From an uncultured bacterium (GTDB lineage Bacteria > Lernaellota > Lernaellaia > Lernaellales > Lernaellaceae), in assembly GCA_964534375.1 (NCBI GenBank), contig CAZHPN010000029.1, positions 1 to 43,346 of the forward strand: a DNA stretch of 43,346 bases. Direction: 5' to 3'. Of this stretch, positions 28,110-36,536 are shown one piece after another. Made by a program: the position numbers and the translations under genes. Below the pieces are notes generated by a model. That model saw nothing but the letters and a program-made list of their open reading frames with translations. It was not told the origin of the DNA and searched no databases. Position 1 is the stretch's first letter, and each line of letters opens with the position of its first letter.

Positions 28110-29023
28110 AGGTCCTGATCGCCGAAGACGATCTCACCTCGCGCCGGATTCTGAGCGCGATTCTGAAGAAATGGGGCTACGAGCCCGTCGTCACGGAAGA
28201 CGGCGACGCGGCCTGGGACGCGTTGCAACAGCCGGAATCGCCCAAGCTGGTTCTCCTCGATTGGAACATGCCGGGGATGGATGGGGTGGAAGTCTGCCGG
28301 CGATTGCGGCAGAGCGTCTGCGCCAATCCGCCGTACGTCGTGCTGCTGACCGGGCACGGGGAAAAGAACGATATCGTCCGCGGCTTGGAAGCGGGCGCGA
28401 ACGACTACATCGCCAAGCCGTACGACAGCGAGGAGTTGCAGGCCCGGATCAAAGTCGGCCAGCGCATGGTCGAATTGCAAGCCGGTCTGTCGGCGGCGCG
28501 CGACGCCCTGGAGTTTCAGGCGATGCACGATTCGTTGACGGGCATTTTCAATCGCCGCGCCATTCTGGACCGGCTAGCGGCGGAGCTTTCGCGGACCAAA
28601 CGACAAGGCGGCGGCCTCAGCGTGGGCATGTGCGATATCGATCATTTCAAGAACGTCAACGACACCTTCGGCCACCAGACCGGCGACGAAGTGTTGATCG
28701 CGTTCACACGGCGCCTCCAGGCCAGCCTGCGGGAATATGACTGCCTGGGCCGCTATGGCGGCGAAGAGTTTCTCGTCATCGCCGCCGGTTCGGAAGGAAC
28801 GAGCGACGAAAGTCTCTACGAGCGGCTGCGCGCCGCCGTCGCGAACGGCGCGATGCCGACAAAAGCGGCGGTCCTGTCGATCACCGTCAGCATCGGGGTG
28901 GCGTCGGGCGCGGCGCAGAGCACGGTCGACAACTTGCTGGCCGACGCCGACGCGGCGCTGTATCAAGCCAAGGCCGACGGCCGCAATCGCGTTGCCTATT
29001 GGCAGCCGAAGGAGAAATCATGA
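28106..29023 (+). CDS. Response regulator with a GGDEF domain (PleD/WspR-like diguanylate cyclase)
   Basis: The receiver reads '[14 protein letters not shown]' and '[13 protein letters not shown]'. The GGDEF domain reads 'RYGGEEF' with the upstream '[14 protein letters not shown]'. There is an ATGA overlap with the hybrid kinase gene. Confidence 0.85.
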   Translation: MKVLIAEDDLTSRRILSAILKKWGYEPVVTEDGDAAWDALQQPESPKLVLLDWNMPGMDGVEVCRRLRQSVCANPPYVVLLTGHGEKNDIVRGLEAGANDYIAKPYDSEELQARIKVGQRMVELQAGLSAARDALEFQAMHDSLTGIFNRRAILDRLAAELSRTKRQGGGLSVGMCDIDHFKNVNDTFGHQTGDEVLIAFTRRLQASLREYDCLGRYGGEEFLVIAAGSEGTSDESLYERLRAAVANGAMPTKAAVLSITVSIGVASGAAQSTVDNLLADADAALYQAKADGRNRVAYWQPKEKS

Positions 29024-29730
29024 TTGAAAAAGCCGGGCGAGCCGAGTCGATCGATCACAATTCGGCGTCGCACGATCAGTCGCTGCTTGTCGCCCAGGGC
29101 GGTTTTTTGTCCCGCCCGCAGGCCGCGTGGCAAATCGGGCAATGGTCGCTGCTGTCCGAGCGGTTGGTCTTCGGTCAGTCGAGCCGGCGCGTGTTCGATC
29201 TGCCGCTCGATAAGATCGAGGCGGTGGCGCAGGAGCGCCGCAAATTCATCCTCGTACACAAGCCGGTCATCCGTTTGACCTTTCTTCACCCGCGAAGAAA
29301 CGATCGGCGCGACGCTTGGCTGATCGCGTCGCCGCTGGATCGCTGGGCGGAATCGCTTCGTCTGCTGACGGGGTTGCGGCTCGACGACGCGACTGGCGAA
29401 CGCAATCGCGCGGCCGGCGTTTTGCCGGCGGAATCCGCCGACCCGGCCAGCGATGTCGCGCAGGGCGACGAGATTCCGGGCGCCGAGCCGCAGTTTGAAG
29501 TTCACGACGAGGCCGAGGCGCTGTGGGTCGTAGCCGTCATCCCCGGCGTGCGAAAAGAGACCTTGCGTGCGGAAGTCCATGGTCGAAGTCTGGACGTGGA
29601 GACGGAGACAGCGCACGGTCCGTGCGCTTTGCGCATCCCGTTGCCCTGCCGCGTGCTGCCCCAACCGACCGAACTGAAATGCGCCAACGACGTGTTGAGC
29701 GCGCGCCTGAAAAAAACGGCGTGGAGGTGA
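29020..29730 (+). CDS. PH/GRAM-like N-terminal domain fused to an Hsp20/alpha-crystallin-like C-terminal domain (GvpH-like?)
   Basis: An AAGGAGAAATC SD precedes the ATG at 29020, and there is an ATGA overlap with the GGDEF gene. The N-terminus 'WQIGQWSLLSERLVFGQSSRRVFDLPLDKIEAV' is similar to the repeats in 22259-23230. The C-terminus 'FEVHDEAEALWVVAVIPGVRKETLRAEVHGRSLDVETE...LKCANDVLSARLKK' is alpha-crystallin-like. Confidence 0.5.
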   Translation: MIEKAGRAESIDHNSASHDQSLLVAQGGFLSRPQAAWQIGQWSLLSERLVFGQSSRRVFDLPLDKIEAVAQERRKFILVHKPVIRLTFLHPRRNDRRDAWLIASPLDRWAESLRLLTGLRLDDATGERNRAAGVLPAESADPASDVAQGDEIPGAEPQFEVHDEAEALWVVAVIPGVRKETLRAEVHGRSLDVETETAHGPCALRIPLPCRVLPQPTELKCANDVLSARLKKTAWR

Positions 29731-29734
29731 AACC

Positions 29735-30559
29735 ATGAGCCAATCGACGTACGAGCCCGTAAAGTCAGAACCGGTCGGAAGATATGTGTATTGCGTCGCC
29801 GCGGGCGAACTCGGCCCGCCGCCCGTGCCGGGGCTCGACAGTTGCCCCGTGCGCGCCGTGTCGGCCGCCGGCCTCACCGCGTTTCTGCACGACTGCGCGG
29901 CGGCGCCGTATCGCGGCGACGACGAAAAGGTCGCCGCGTGGGTGGTCGCGCACGGCGAAGTGGTCGACGCCGTTTGGGACAAAATCGACCCGGTGCTGCC
30001 GCTGGCGTTCGACACCATTATTCGCCCGGACGACGGTTTGGACGGCGACGAGCAGGTTCGGCGCTGGCTGGCGATGGAGAAGGACCGCTTTGGCGCGCTG
30101 CTCGATTCGTTGCGCGGCAAAGTCGAGCTCGGCGTTCAAGTCTTCTGGATTTCCAACGTGGTCGGCGCCGCCGTCGCCGAGGGCGACGAAGAGATTTGCC
30201 GGTTGCGCGCCGAGATGGCCGGCAAGCCCAAGGGCATGGCCTACTTTTACCAGCAGAAAATCGAGCGCGCATTGCGGCGGGCGCTCGAAATTCGCGCCGA
30301 GGCCGATTACCGCCTGTTTTTCCGGCAGATCGCCTTTCTTTGTCCGGAAGTGCGCCTCAACAAGGTGCGCAAGGCGCCGGAGCGGCAGATGATTCTCAAC
30401 GTGTCGGTGCTGGCGCCGCGCGAACAAGTCGCCGAGTTGGGCGACGTCGTCGCGGGGTTTCAAAAGACGGCCGGGGTGGAAGTGCGCTTTACGGGCCCGT
30501 GGCCGCCGTACAGTTTTGTGCGGCCGAAACCGAACCCGGCGCCGGTCGAGGAGAATTAG
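29735..30559 (+). CDS. gvpL: Gas vesicle protein GvpL/GvpF family (second paralogue)
   Basis: The N-terminus 'RYVYCVAAGELGPPPVPGLDSCPVRAVSAAGLTAF' is typical of GvpF/L. It is 274 aa with a GGAGGTGA SD. Confidence 0.75.
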   Translation: MSQSTYEPVKSEPVGRYVYCVAAGELGPPPVPGLDSCPVRAVSAAGLTAFLHDCAAAPYRGDDEKVAAWVVAHGEVVDAVWDKIDPVLPLAFDTIIRPDDGLDGDEQVRRWLAMEKDRFGALLDSLRGKVELGVQVFWISNVVGAAVAEGDEEICRLRAEMAGKPKGMAYFYQQKIERALRRALEIRAEADYRLFFRQIAFLCPEVRLNKVRKAPERQMILNVSVLAPREQVAELGDVVAGFQKTAGVEVRFTGPWPPYSFVRPKPNPAPVEEN

Positions 30560-30570
30560 GCAGGCGGCCG

Positions 30571-31944
30571 TCAGGTCGAATCCGGCCGGTCTTTGTTGAT
30601 GCCGTATTTCTTTATCCGATAACGCAAGGTCTCCACGGGCAGGCGCAAGGCCCGGGCGGCGCGGCTGCTGTTGTAGTCGTTGTTCCGCAACGCGTCGAGA
30701 ATGAGGCGTTTCTCGAATTCCTCCTTGTCCCCGGCGAGGCCCGACTTGCGCTCGGTTTCCGCGGAGGCGATCAGGAAATCCATCGGCAGGTCGGGGATGT
30801 CGAGGAATTCCTTCTTGGCGGAGGCGTAGATCGCCATCCGCTCGATCGTGTGCGACAGCTCGCGAACGTTGCCATGCCAGGGCTGCTTGGCAAAAATCCC
30901 ATACACGTCGGGCGTAAACCCCACCAGGCCCTTGTGATATTTTCGGGCGTACCGGTCGAGGAAGAACAGGCTGAGCGCGTGAATGTCGTCGGGCCGATCG
31001 CGCAACGGCGGCACGTGGATCGGCATGACCACCAGCCGATAGTATAGATCGCGGCGGAAACGACCGTCCGCCAGCATTTCGTCCAACCGCCGCGACGTCG
31101 CGGCGACGATCCGCGCATCCCCTTTGATGCGACGGTTCGAGCCGACGCGTTCGAATTCGCCGTCCTCGATGACGCGCAGCAGCTTGACCTGCTGCTCCAA
31201 CGCCAGATCGCCGATCTCGTCGAGAAAGATCGTGCCGCCGTTGGCCAATTCGAACTTGCCCTCTTGGCTGGCCACGGCGCCGGTGAACGCGCCGCGCTCG
31301 TGCCCGAAGAGCGTGGACTCGATCAAATCTTTGGGAATCGCCGGCAGGTTGACGATCACAAACGGCTGGTCGGCCCGTGCGCCGGTTTGATGGATATAAC
31401 GTGCGGCGAGGTCCTTGCCGGTTCCCGTTTCCCCTTGGAGCATGCAGATCGCGTCGCACGAAGCGGCCATGTCCAACTCCAGCGCGAGCCGCAGCGACGC
31501 CGCCGAAGAACCCAGCAACATGTCGCCCAACAGCATGGAATGGGACTCCTGAATCACATAGATCTTATCGGCGGACGACGCCGGGCCCTCCGACGCGCGG
31601 TGCAATTCGTCAAGCAATGCGGTGGGGAGAGAGTGCGGCTGCAAGAAACCAAAATCGCCCGACCGCGCCACGCGGCGGCCGTTCCCGATTTCGGCGACCG
31701 TCGTTTTCACCACGACGTCGGCTTCGGGCGAGCGATCGCGCAGCACTTTCAGGAACAACGGCAGCGGCGAACGCGGCCCCGCCGGGCCCAGAAGCACCAC
31801 CTCGAAATCTTCTTGCGCCACCAGGGTGAGCGCCTCGTTGACGTTCGTCGCGGAACGGACGATGTGGCCCGCGCGAGAATCGAAGGCAAAACTTTTTTGG
31901 CGTTCGCATTCGCCTTGGACACATAGGATTCGCAGCCGTTTCAT
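30571..31944 (-). CDS. Sigma-54-dependent transcriptional activator with a degenerate N-terminal receiver (pseudo-receiver)
   Basis: The AAA+ sigma-54 domain reads '[15 protein letters not shown]' and '[15 protein letters not shown]'. The C-terminal HTH reads '[22 protein letters not shown]'. In the receiver-like N-terminus 'RILCVQGE...DFEVVLLGPAGP', Gly replaces the phospho-acceptor Asp. The start codon overlaps the stop of the upstream hybrid kinase (ATGA). Confidence 0.8.
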   Translation of the reverse strand: MKRLRILCVQGECERQKSFAFDSRAGHIVRSATNVNEALTLVAQEDFEVVLLGPAGPRSPLPLFLKVLRDRSPEADVVVKTTVAEIGNGRRVARSGDFGFLQPHSLPTALLDELHRASEGPASSADKIYVIQESHSMLLGDMLLGSSAASLRLALELDMAASCDAICMLQGETGTGKDLAARYIHQTGARADQPFVIVNLPAIPKDLIESTLFGHERGAFTGAVASQEGKFELANGGTIFLDEIGDLALEQQVKLLRVIEDGEFERVGSNRRIKGDARIVAATSRRLDEMLADGRFRRDLYYRLVVMPIHVPPLRDRPDDIHALSLFFLDRYARKYHKGLVGFTPDVYGIFAKQPWHGNVRELSHTIERMAIYASAKKEFLDIPDLPMDFLIASAETERKSGLAGDKEEFEKRLILDALRNNDYNSSRAARALRLPVETLRYRIKKYGINKDRPDST

Positions 31945-34900
31945 GGGCTTTTTTTCGTCGGGGCGTCATGCGCGTCTGGCGGAGGATCCCCGTCGCGTCC
32001 GGCCGGGGCGTTCGCTGAGAACTTGAGGCGTTCCCTGGCAGTGTCCAACACATCGCGGACCTTGCTCGCGAGCGCGGCGGCGGTGAACGGCTTGGAAATG
32101 AATTGCGTTCCGGGCTCCAGCACGCCGTGATGCGCGATGGCGTCGTCGGTGTAGCCGGACATATAGAGCACTTTTGTTTCCGGCCGAACCGCCGACAAAC
32201 GCTCGGCGAGTTGCCGTCCGCTGGTCTGCGGCATGATCACGTCGGTGAGCAACAGATGGAGCGGGCCGCGGTGTCGCTCGGCGGCCGACAACGCGTCGCC
32301 GGAGTTCGCAAAAGCGAGAACATGGTAACCGGACAACTCGAGCGTGCGCTTCACCAGATCGAGAACGACCTCCTCGTCTTCGACCACCAGGATCGTCTCG
32401 GTCCCGCTCGACGGTTTTGTCGCCGCGTTTGGCGGCGGCGCCGCTTCCAGTTCGGAGAATTCGCGCGGCAAGAAGATCTTGAACGTCGTGCCGCGCCCCG
32501 GCTCGCTGTACACCCAAATGTTGCCGCCGCTCTGTTGCACGATCCCGTATACCGTCGAGAGGCCGAGCCCCGAGCCTTTGCCTTTTTCCTTGGTCGTGAA
32601 AAACGGATCGAAAATTGCCGCCTGGGTCGCCTCGTCCATCCCGCAGCCGGTGTCGGACACGGCCAGCATCACGTACGAACCGGGCGCGACGCCCACGTGC
32701 TGCGCGGCGTATTGCTCGTCCAACTCGGCATTGGCGGTCTCGATAGTGAGCTTGCCGCCGTGCGGCATCGCATCGCGCGCGTTGATTGCGAGGTTCAGCA
32801 GGACTTGCTCGAGTTGCCCCGGATCGGCCTTGACCTTGCCGAGATTCGCCGCGTGAACCAAGACGATTTCAATGTCTTCGCCGATGAGCCGGCGCAGCAT
32901 CTTTTCTATCTCGCCGAGCGTTTTGTTGATGTCCAGAACGACGGGGCGCAACAACTGCTTGCGGCCGAACGCCAGAAGCTGGCGGGTCAGGTTCGCGGCG
33001 CGTTGGCCCGATTCCAGGATGCTCTGCAGGTCCTTGCGGAGCGGATCTTCGGGCGCCAGTTTGCCGATGCCGTTTTCGGCATAGCCATTGATGACTTGCA
33101 GCAGGTTGTTGAAGTCGTGCGCCACGCCGCCGGCCAACCGGCCGACGGCCTCCATCTTCATCGCTTGTTGGAGTTGGTCGGTCAGTCGCTGTCTTTCGTC
33201 TTCCGCGAGCTTTCGTTCGGTGATGTCTTGATTGACCCCGTAGGTTTTTACCGTCCGTCCCGCGTCGTCCTTGACGACAAAAAACCGAACGACGATGTGG
33301 CCGACCGTCCCGTCGCCGAAAAGGACCCGGTGCTCGAGTTGTCCGTGGTGGTGGGGGTCGGAGGTCTCGATGGCCTTGTGTATTTCCAGGCCCACCAGCG
33401 GCGCGTCGTCGGGATGCACAAAGCGCCGGGCGTAGTCGGCCGACGACATCGCATACCCACCGGCCCGCTCGGCCGTGGTTCGGAACAATTTGTAGAAATG
33501 GTCGTTGAACGTGAAGCGATCGTTCGCCACGTCGTATTCCCAGTGGCCGAGATGCGCAATCTCCACGGCATTGGAAAGTTGTTGTTCATTCCGCGACAGC
33601 GCGTCCTCGGCTTGCCGGCGTTTGGTGATGTCGCGCGCGTACAGGTTGGCATAGCCGGCGTCCGCGATCGGCGTCGCGAACAAATCGAAAACACGCCCCC
33701 CATGTTCGAAATCGAACTGTTCGGCCGCACGGGCGGCCAGCGAGCGCGAGGCCGCCTCTCGCAGAATGTCGGGCGCCGCCTGGCCGATTTGCAGACGCCA
33801 ATCGGCGAATTTGTCCAAGCCCGGTCCATTGACATACAGCAGCACGCCGTCGCGGCCGATGCGAAAAACCGGGTCGGGATTTTCGTCCGGAAATCGGGCG
33901 AGGCTGCGAATCTCTTCTTCCGCCCGCTTGCGCTCGGTGACATCCTGCACAATGCGCATGCCGTACAAGAAGCGGTCGTCTGGTCCGCGCACCGCCGACG
34001 TCGTCACTTCGGCCCGGACGACGGCGCCGCCTTTCGTAACATACCGGCGCTCGCCGACGTAGGCCGGAATGTCGCCGCGGATCACGCGATCGAACAGCGT
34101 CGCCGTCGAGCCCGCTTCGTCCGGGTGGGTGATGTCGGCGACCGAACGGCCCTGCAACTCGGCCCTTGAATAACCCAGCAAGTCGCAAAGGGCGTCGTTC
34201 ACCTCGGAAAAGCGGCCGATGGCGTCGGTGAGGCCGACCCCGATGGGCGCCCGGAGAAACAGCGAGCGGAATCGGGCCTCGGTCTCGCGGAGCGCTTCTT
34301 CCGTTTTTTTCTGTTCGGTGACGTCGCGGAACACCCAGATGCGCCCGAACGTCATGCCGTTTTTGCCGACGACCGGGGCCGAGTAGCGGTCGAGAATCAT
34401 CCCATCCGCGAATTCGATCTCGTCGCGGCTGACTTCCGTGGGGTGCTCGTAGAGATAGCGGGCCTTCTCCACGAATTTTTCGGGATCTTTGGTCCGGTTC
34501 TTGACGAACTCGATTTGCCGGTTGTCGTCATCGCTCGCCGCGATCTCGTCTGGAATTTTCCACAATTCGATGCACCGGCGATTCTGAACGATCTTCTTTC
34601 CCTCGGGGTCGACAATCAGAATCCCGTCGATCGTGGAATCGAGTTGCGCTTCAAGCAGGGCCGTTTTTGCGGACAATTCGGCGCCGGCCTGCTTGCGTTC
34701 GGTGACGTCGGCGAAGATTGTCGCAAACTGGTTGGGCGCCGGTCGGAAAGCCGTAACCTCGAAGTGCTTATTGAGATCCGCGGAATAGCTCTCGAAGGTC
34801 GCCGGTTCGCCGGTCAGCGCCACCTTTCCGTATTTCTCGATCCACGTCCGTTCGATGCCGGGCAACACCTCTTTGACGGTTTTGCCCACGACGACATCCG

Positions 34901-35612
34901 CCGGCAAACCGGTCATGCGCTCGAAAGCCGGATTGACGGCAAGGAAGCGGTAATCGGTCGGAATCCCCGCCTCGTCGCAAAGGATCTCGTGCCGCGCGAA
35001 GCCGTTCAACATTTCCGTGAACAGCGCCTGATAACTTTCCTCGACTCGCTTGCGGTCGGTGATATCGCTGATCGCCATCCGAAATACGGGCTCGCCGCGC
35101 GCCTCGTCCCGCGCCGCCGTCGCTTCCAGCCGCGCCCAAAATGGCGCGCCGCCGGCGCGCAAGATGCGCAACTCGCACACTTGCCGTTCGCCCGTTTCCG
35201 CGAGCTGTCGGCAAAACAGGTGGAAAACATCCTGGTCGGCGGAAAGAACGAATCGGGCGAGCGGCAATTTGAACAAGGCGCCTCGCTCCGATCCGAACAG
35301 CGCGGCGGCGGTGAGATTCACGTCGAGCATCAACCCGTCCTCGCCGAGGGTGACGTAGCCGACCGGGGCCTGATCGTACAACTCGAAATACCGAGCCCGC
35401 GAGGCTTCCAATTCCTCCTGCGCGCGGTGAAGTTCGTCGTTCTGCGTTTCCAGCTCGAACTGCTGAACCTGCAACTCGTGAAGCAGGCGTTGCACGTCGG
35501 CAGCCGCCGCCGATTTCTCGGCTTCCGACTCGCTGACGCCGCCGGGGCTCGACGTCGCGGCGGGCGCCGTCCGGGCATTCCTATTGGGGCGCATTTTCTT
35601 TGCTTGTGTCAC
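31941..35612 (-). CDS. Multi-PAS hybrid histidine kinase with a C-terminal receiver and an N-terminal 'LQxQQFELETQNDEL' motif
   Basis: The N-terminus is 'LLHELQVQQFELETQNDELHRAQEELEASRARYFELYDQAPVGYVTL'. About 6 PAS-like segments follow. The H-box is 'GGVAHDFNNLLQVINGYAE'. The G box is 'FDPFFTTKEKGKGSGLGLSTVYGIVQQSGG'. The receiver reads 'ILVVEDEEVV...LLLTDVIMPQTSG'. Confidence 0.8.
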   Translation of the reverse strand: MTQAKKMRPNRNARTAPAATSSPGGVSESEAEKSAAAADVQRLLHELQVQQFELETQNDELHRAQEELEASRARYFELYDQAPVGYVTLGEDGLMLDVNLTAAALFGSERGALFKLPLARFVLSADQDVFHLFCRQLAETGERQVCELRILRAGGAPFWARLEATAARDEARGEPVFRMAISDITDRKRVEESYQALFTEMLNGFARHEILCDEAGIPTDYRFLAVNPAFERMTGLPADVVVGKTVKEVLPGIERTWIEKYGKVALTGEPATFESYSADLNKHFEVTAFRPAPNQFATIFADVTERKQAGAELSAKTALLEAQLDSTIDGILIVDPEGKKIVQNRRCIELWKIPDEIAASDDDNRQIEFVKNRTKDPEKFVEKARYLYEHPTEVSRDEIEFADGMILDRYSAPVVGKNGMTFGRIWVFRDVTEQKKTEEALRETEARFRSLFLRAPIGVGLTDAIGRFSEVNDALCDLLGYSRAELQGRSVADITHPDEAGSTATLFDRVIRGDIPAYVGERRYVTKGGAVVRAEVTTSAVRGPDDRFLYGMRIVQDVTERKRAEEEIRSLARFPDENPDPVFRIGRDGVLLYVNGPGLDKFADWRLQIGQAAPDILREAASRSLAARAAEQFDFEHGGRVFDLFATPIADAGYANLYARDITKRRQAEDALSRNEQQLSNAVEIAHLGHWEYDVANDRFTFNDHFYKLFRTTAERAGGYAMSSADYARRFVHPDDAPLVGLEIHKAIETSDPHHHGQLEHRVLFGDGTVGHIVVRFFVVKDDAGRTVKTYGVNQDITERKLAEDERQRLTDQLQQAMKMEAVGRLAGGVAHDFNNLLQVINGYAENGIGKLAPEDPLRKDLQSILESGQRAANLTRQLLAFGRKQLLRPVVLDINKTLGEIEKMLRRLIGEDIEIVLVHAANLGKVKADPGQLEQVLLNLAINARDAMPHGGKLTIETANAELDEQYAAQHVGVAPGSYVMLAVSDTGCGMDEATQAAIFDPFFTTKEKGKGSGLGLSTVYGIVQQSGGNIWVYSEPGRGTTFKIFLPREFSELEAAPPPNAATKPSSGTETILVVEDEEVVLDLVKRTLELSGYHVLAFANSGDALSAAERHRGPLHLLLTDVIMPQTSGRQLAERLSAVRPETKVLYMSGYTDDAIAHHGVLEPGTQFISKPFTAAALASKVRDVLDTARERLKFSANAPAGRDGDPPPDAHDAPTKKSP

Positions 35613-35828
35613 GGTTCCGTCCGAGGGTCGGAGCTAGTTTTCTTTGCAACGGATATTCACACACACGAAATAATCGTACCTCCCCATGAGCATTCAAACA
35701 TACCGAGCAAAGGAAAGTCTGTAGGATTTTCCCTACAAGACGAGTCGGATTATCCCCACGCGGCGATGCGGCCCGATTCGCGAGCCGGACGGGCGTCGGC
35801 CAAGGGGCTCGCGACGTCTTGCGGTTGG

Positions 35829-36485
35829 CTATTTCCCGGGTGCGATAACGCCGTTCCTGACGGCGAACTGCACCAACGCCGGCAGGTTATCCACGCCGAG
35901 CTTTTCCATCAGGCGGCTGCGGTAGGTGTCCACCGTCTTGGGAGAAATATCGAGCGCCTCGGCTATCTCCTTGCCGGAGCGGCCTTCCACGAGAAGCTGC
36001 ATCACTTCGCGCTCGCGCGGGCTCAATTGTTCGAGGGTCGGGACGCCGGGAACACCGTCGCTGCGAAAAGCGGCGTCCGCCAGCAAGTCGGCGGAGAGGC
36101 GCTCGCTGAGATATCGTTGCCCGGCGACGACCCGCCGTACGGCCAGAATCACTTCCCGGCCCACCGACTCCTTCAGCAGATATCCCCGGGCGCCGGCGCG
36201 GAGGGCGCGGTGCACATATTCCGCACTGGAATGCATCGACAGAATAATCACCTTCACGGCCGGGCAATGCTTGGCAATTTGCCCGGCGGCTTCGATGCCG
36301 TTGAGGTTCGCCATCGTGATGTCGAGAATCGCGACATCCGGCGGCAATTCCCTGACCTGCCGGACGGCCTCGCGCCCATCGGCTGCTTCGCCGACGACGC
36401 GGATATCGGGCTGGCTTTCGAGGATCAGGCGCAAGCCGTCGCGCAGAACCGCATGGTCGTCGGCGAGGAAAACGCGGATGGTCAT
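35829..36485 (-). CDS. NarL/LuxR-family response regulator
   Basis: The receiver reads 'RVFLADDHAVLRDGL' and 'VAILDITMANLNG'. The C-terminal LuxR HTH reads 'LSPREREVMQLLVEGRSGKEIAEALDISPKTVDTYRSRLMEKLGV'. Confidence 0.85.
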   Translation of the reverse strand: MTIRVFLADDHAVLRDGLRLILESQPDIRVVGEAADGREAVRQVRELPPDVAILDITMANLNGIEAAGQIAKHCPAVKVIILSMHSSAEYVHRALRAGARGYLLKESVGREVILAVRRVVAGQRYLSERLSADLLADAAFRSDGVPGVPTLEQLSPREREVMQLLVEGRSGKEIAEALDISPKTVDTYRSRLMEKLGVDNLPALVQFAVRNGVIAPGK

Positions 36486-36536
36486 TCGGAGCCCTCTCGT
36501 ACAGATCGCGGTCTCGGCCTGAGCCCGACGTGGGCA

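Noticed and set aside
29020-29730. PilZ (c-di-GMP receptor) assignment for the PH-like domains
   Set aside because: No RxxxR ... D/NxSxxG PilZ signature is present. The fold call remains a generic PH/GRAM-like one.
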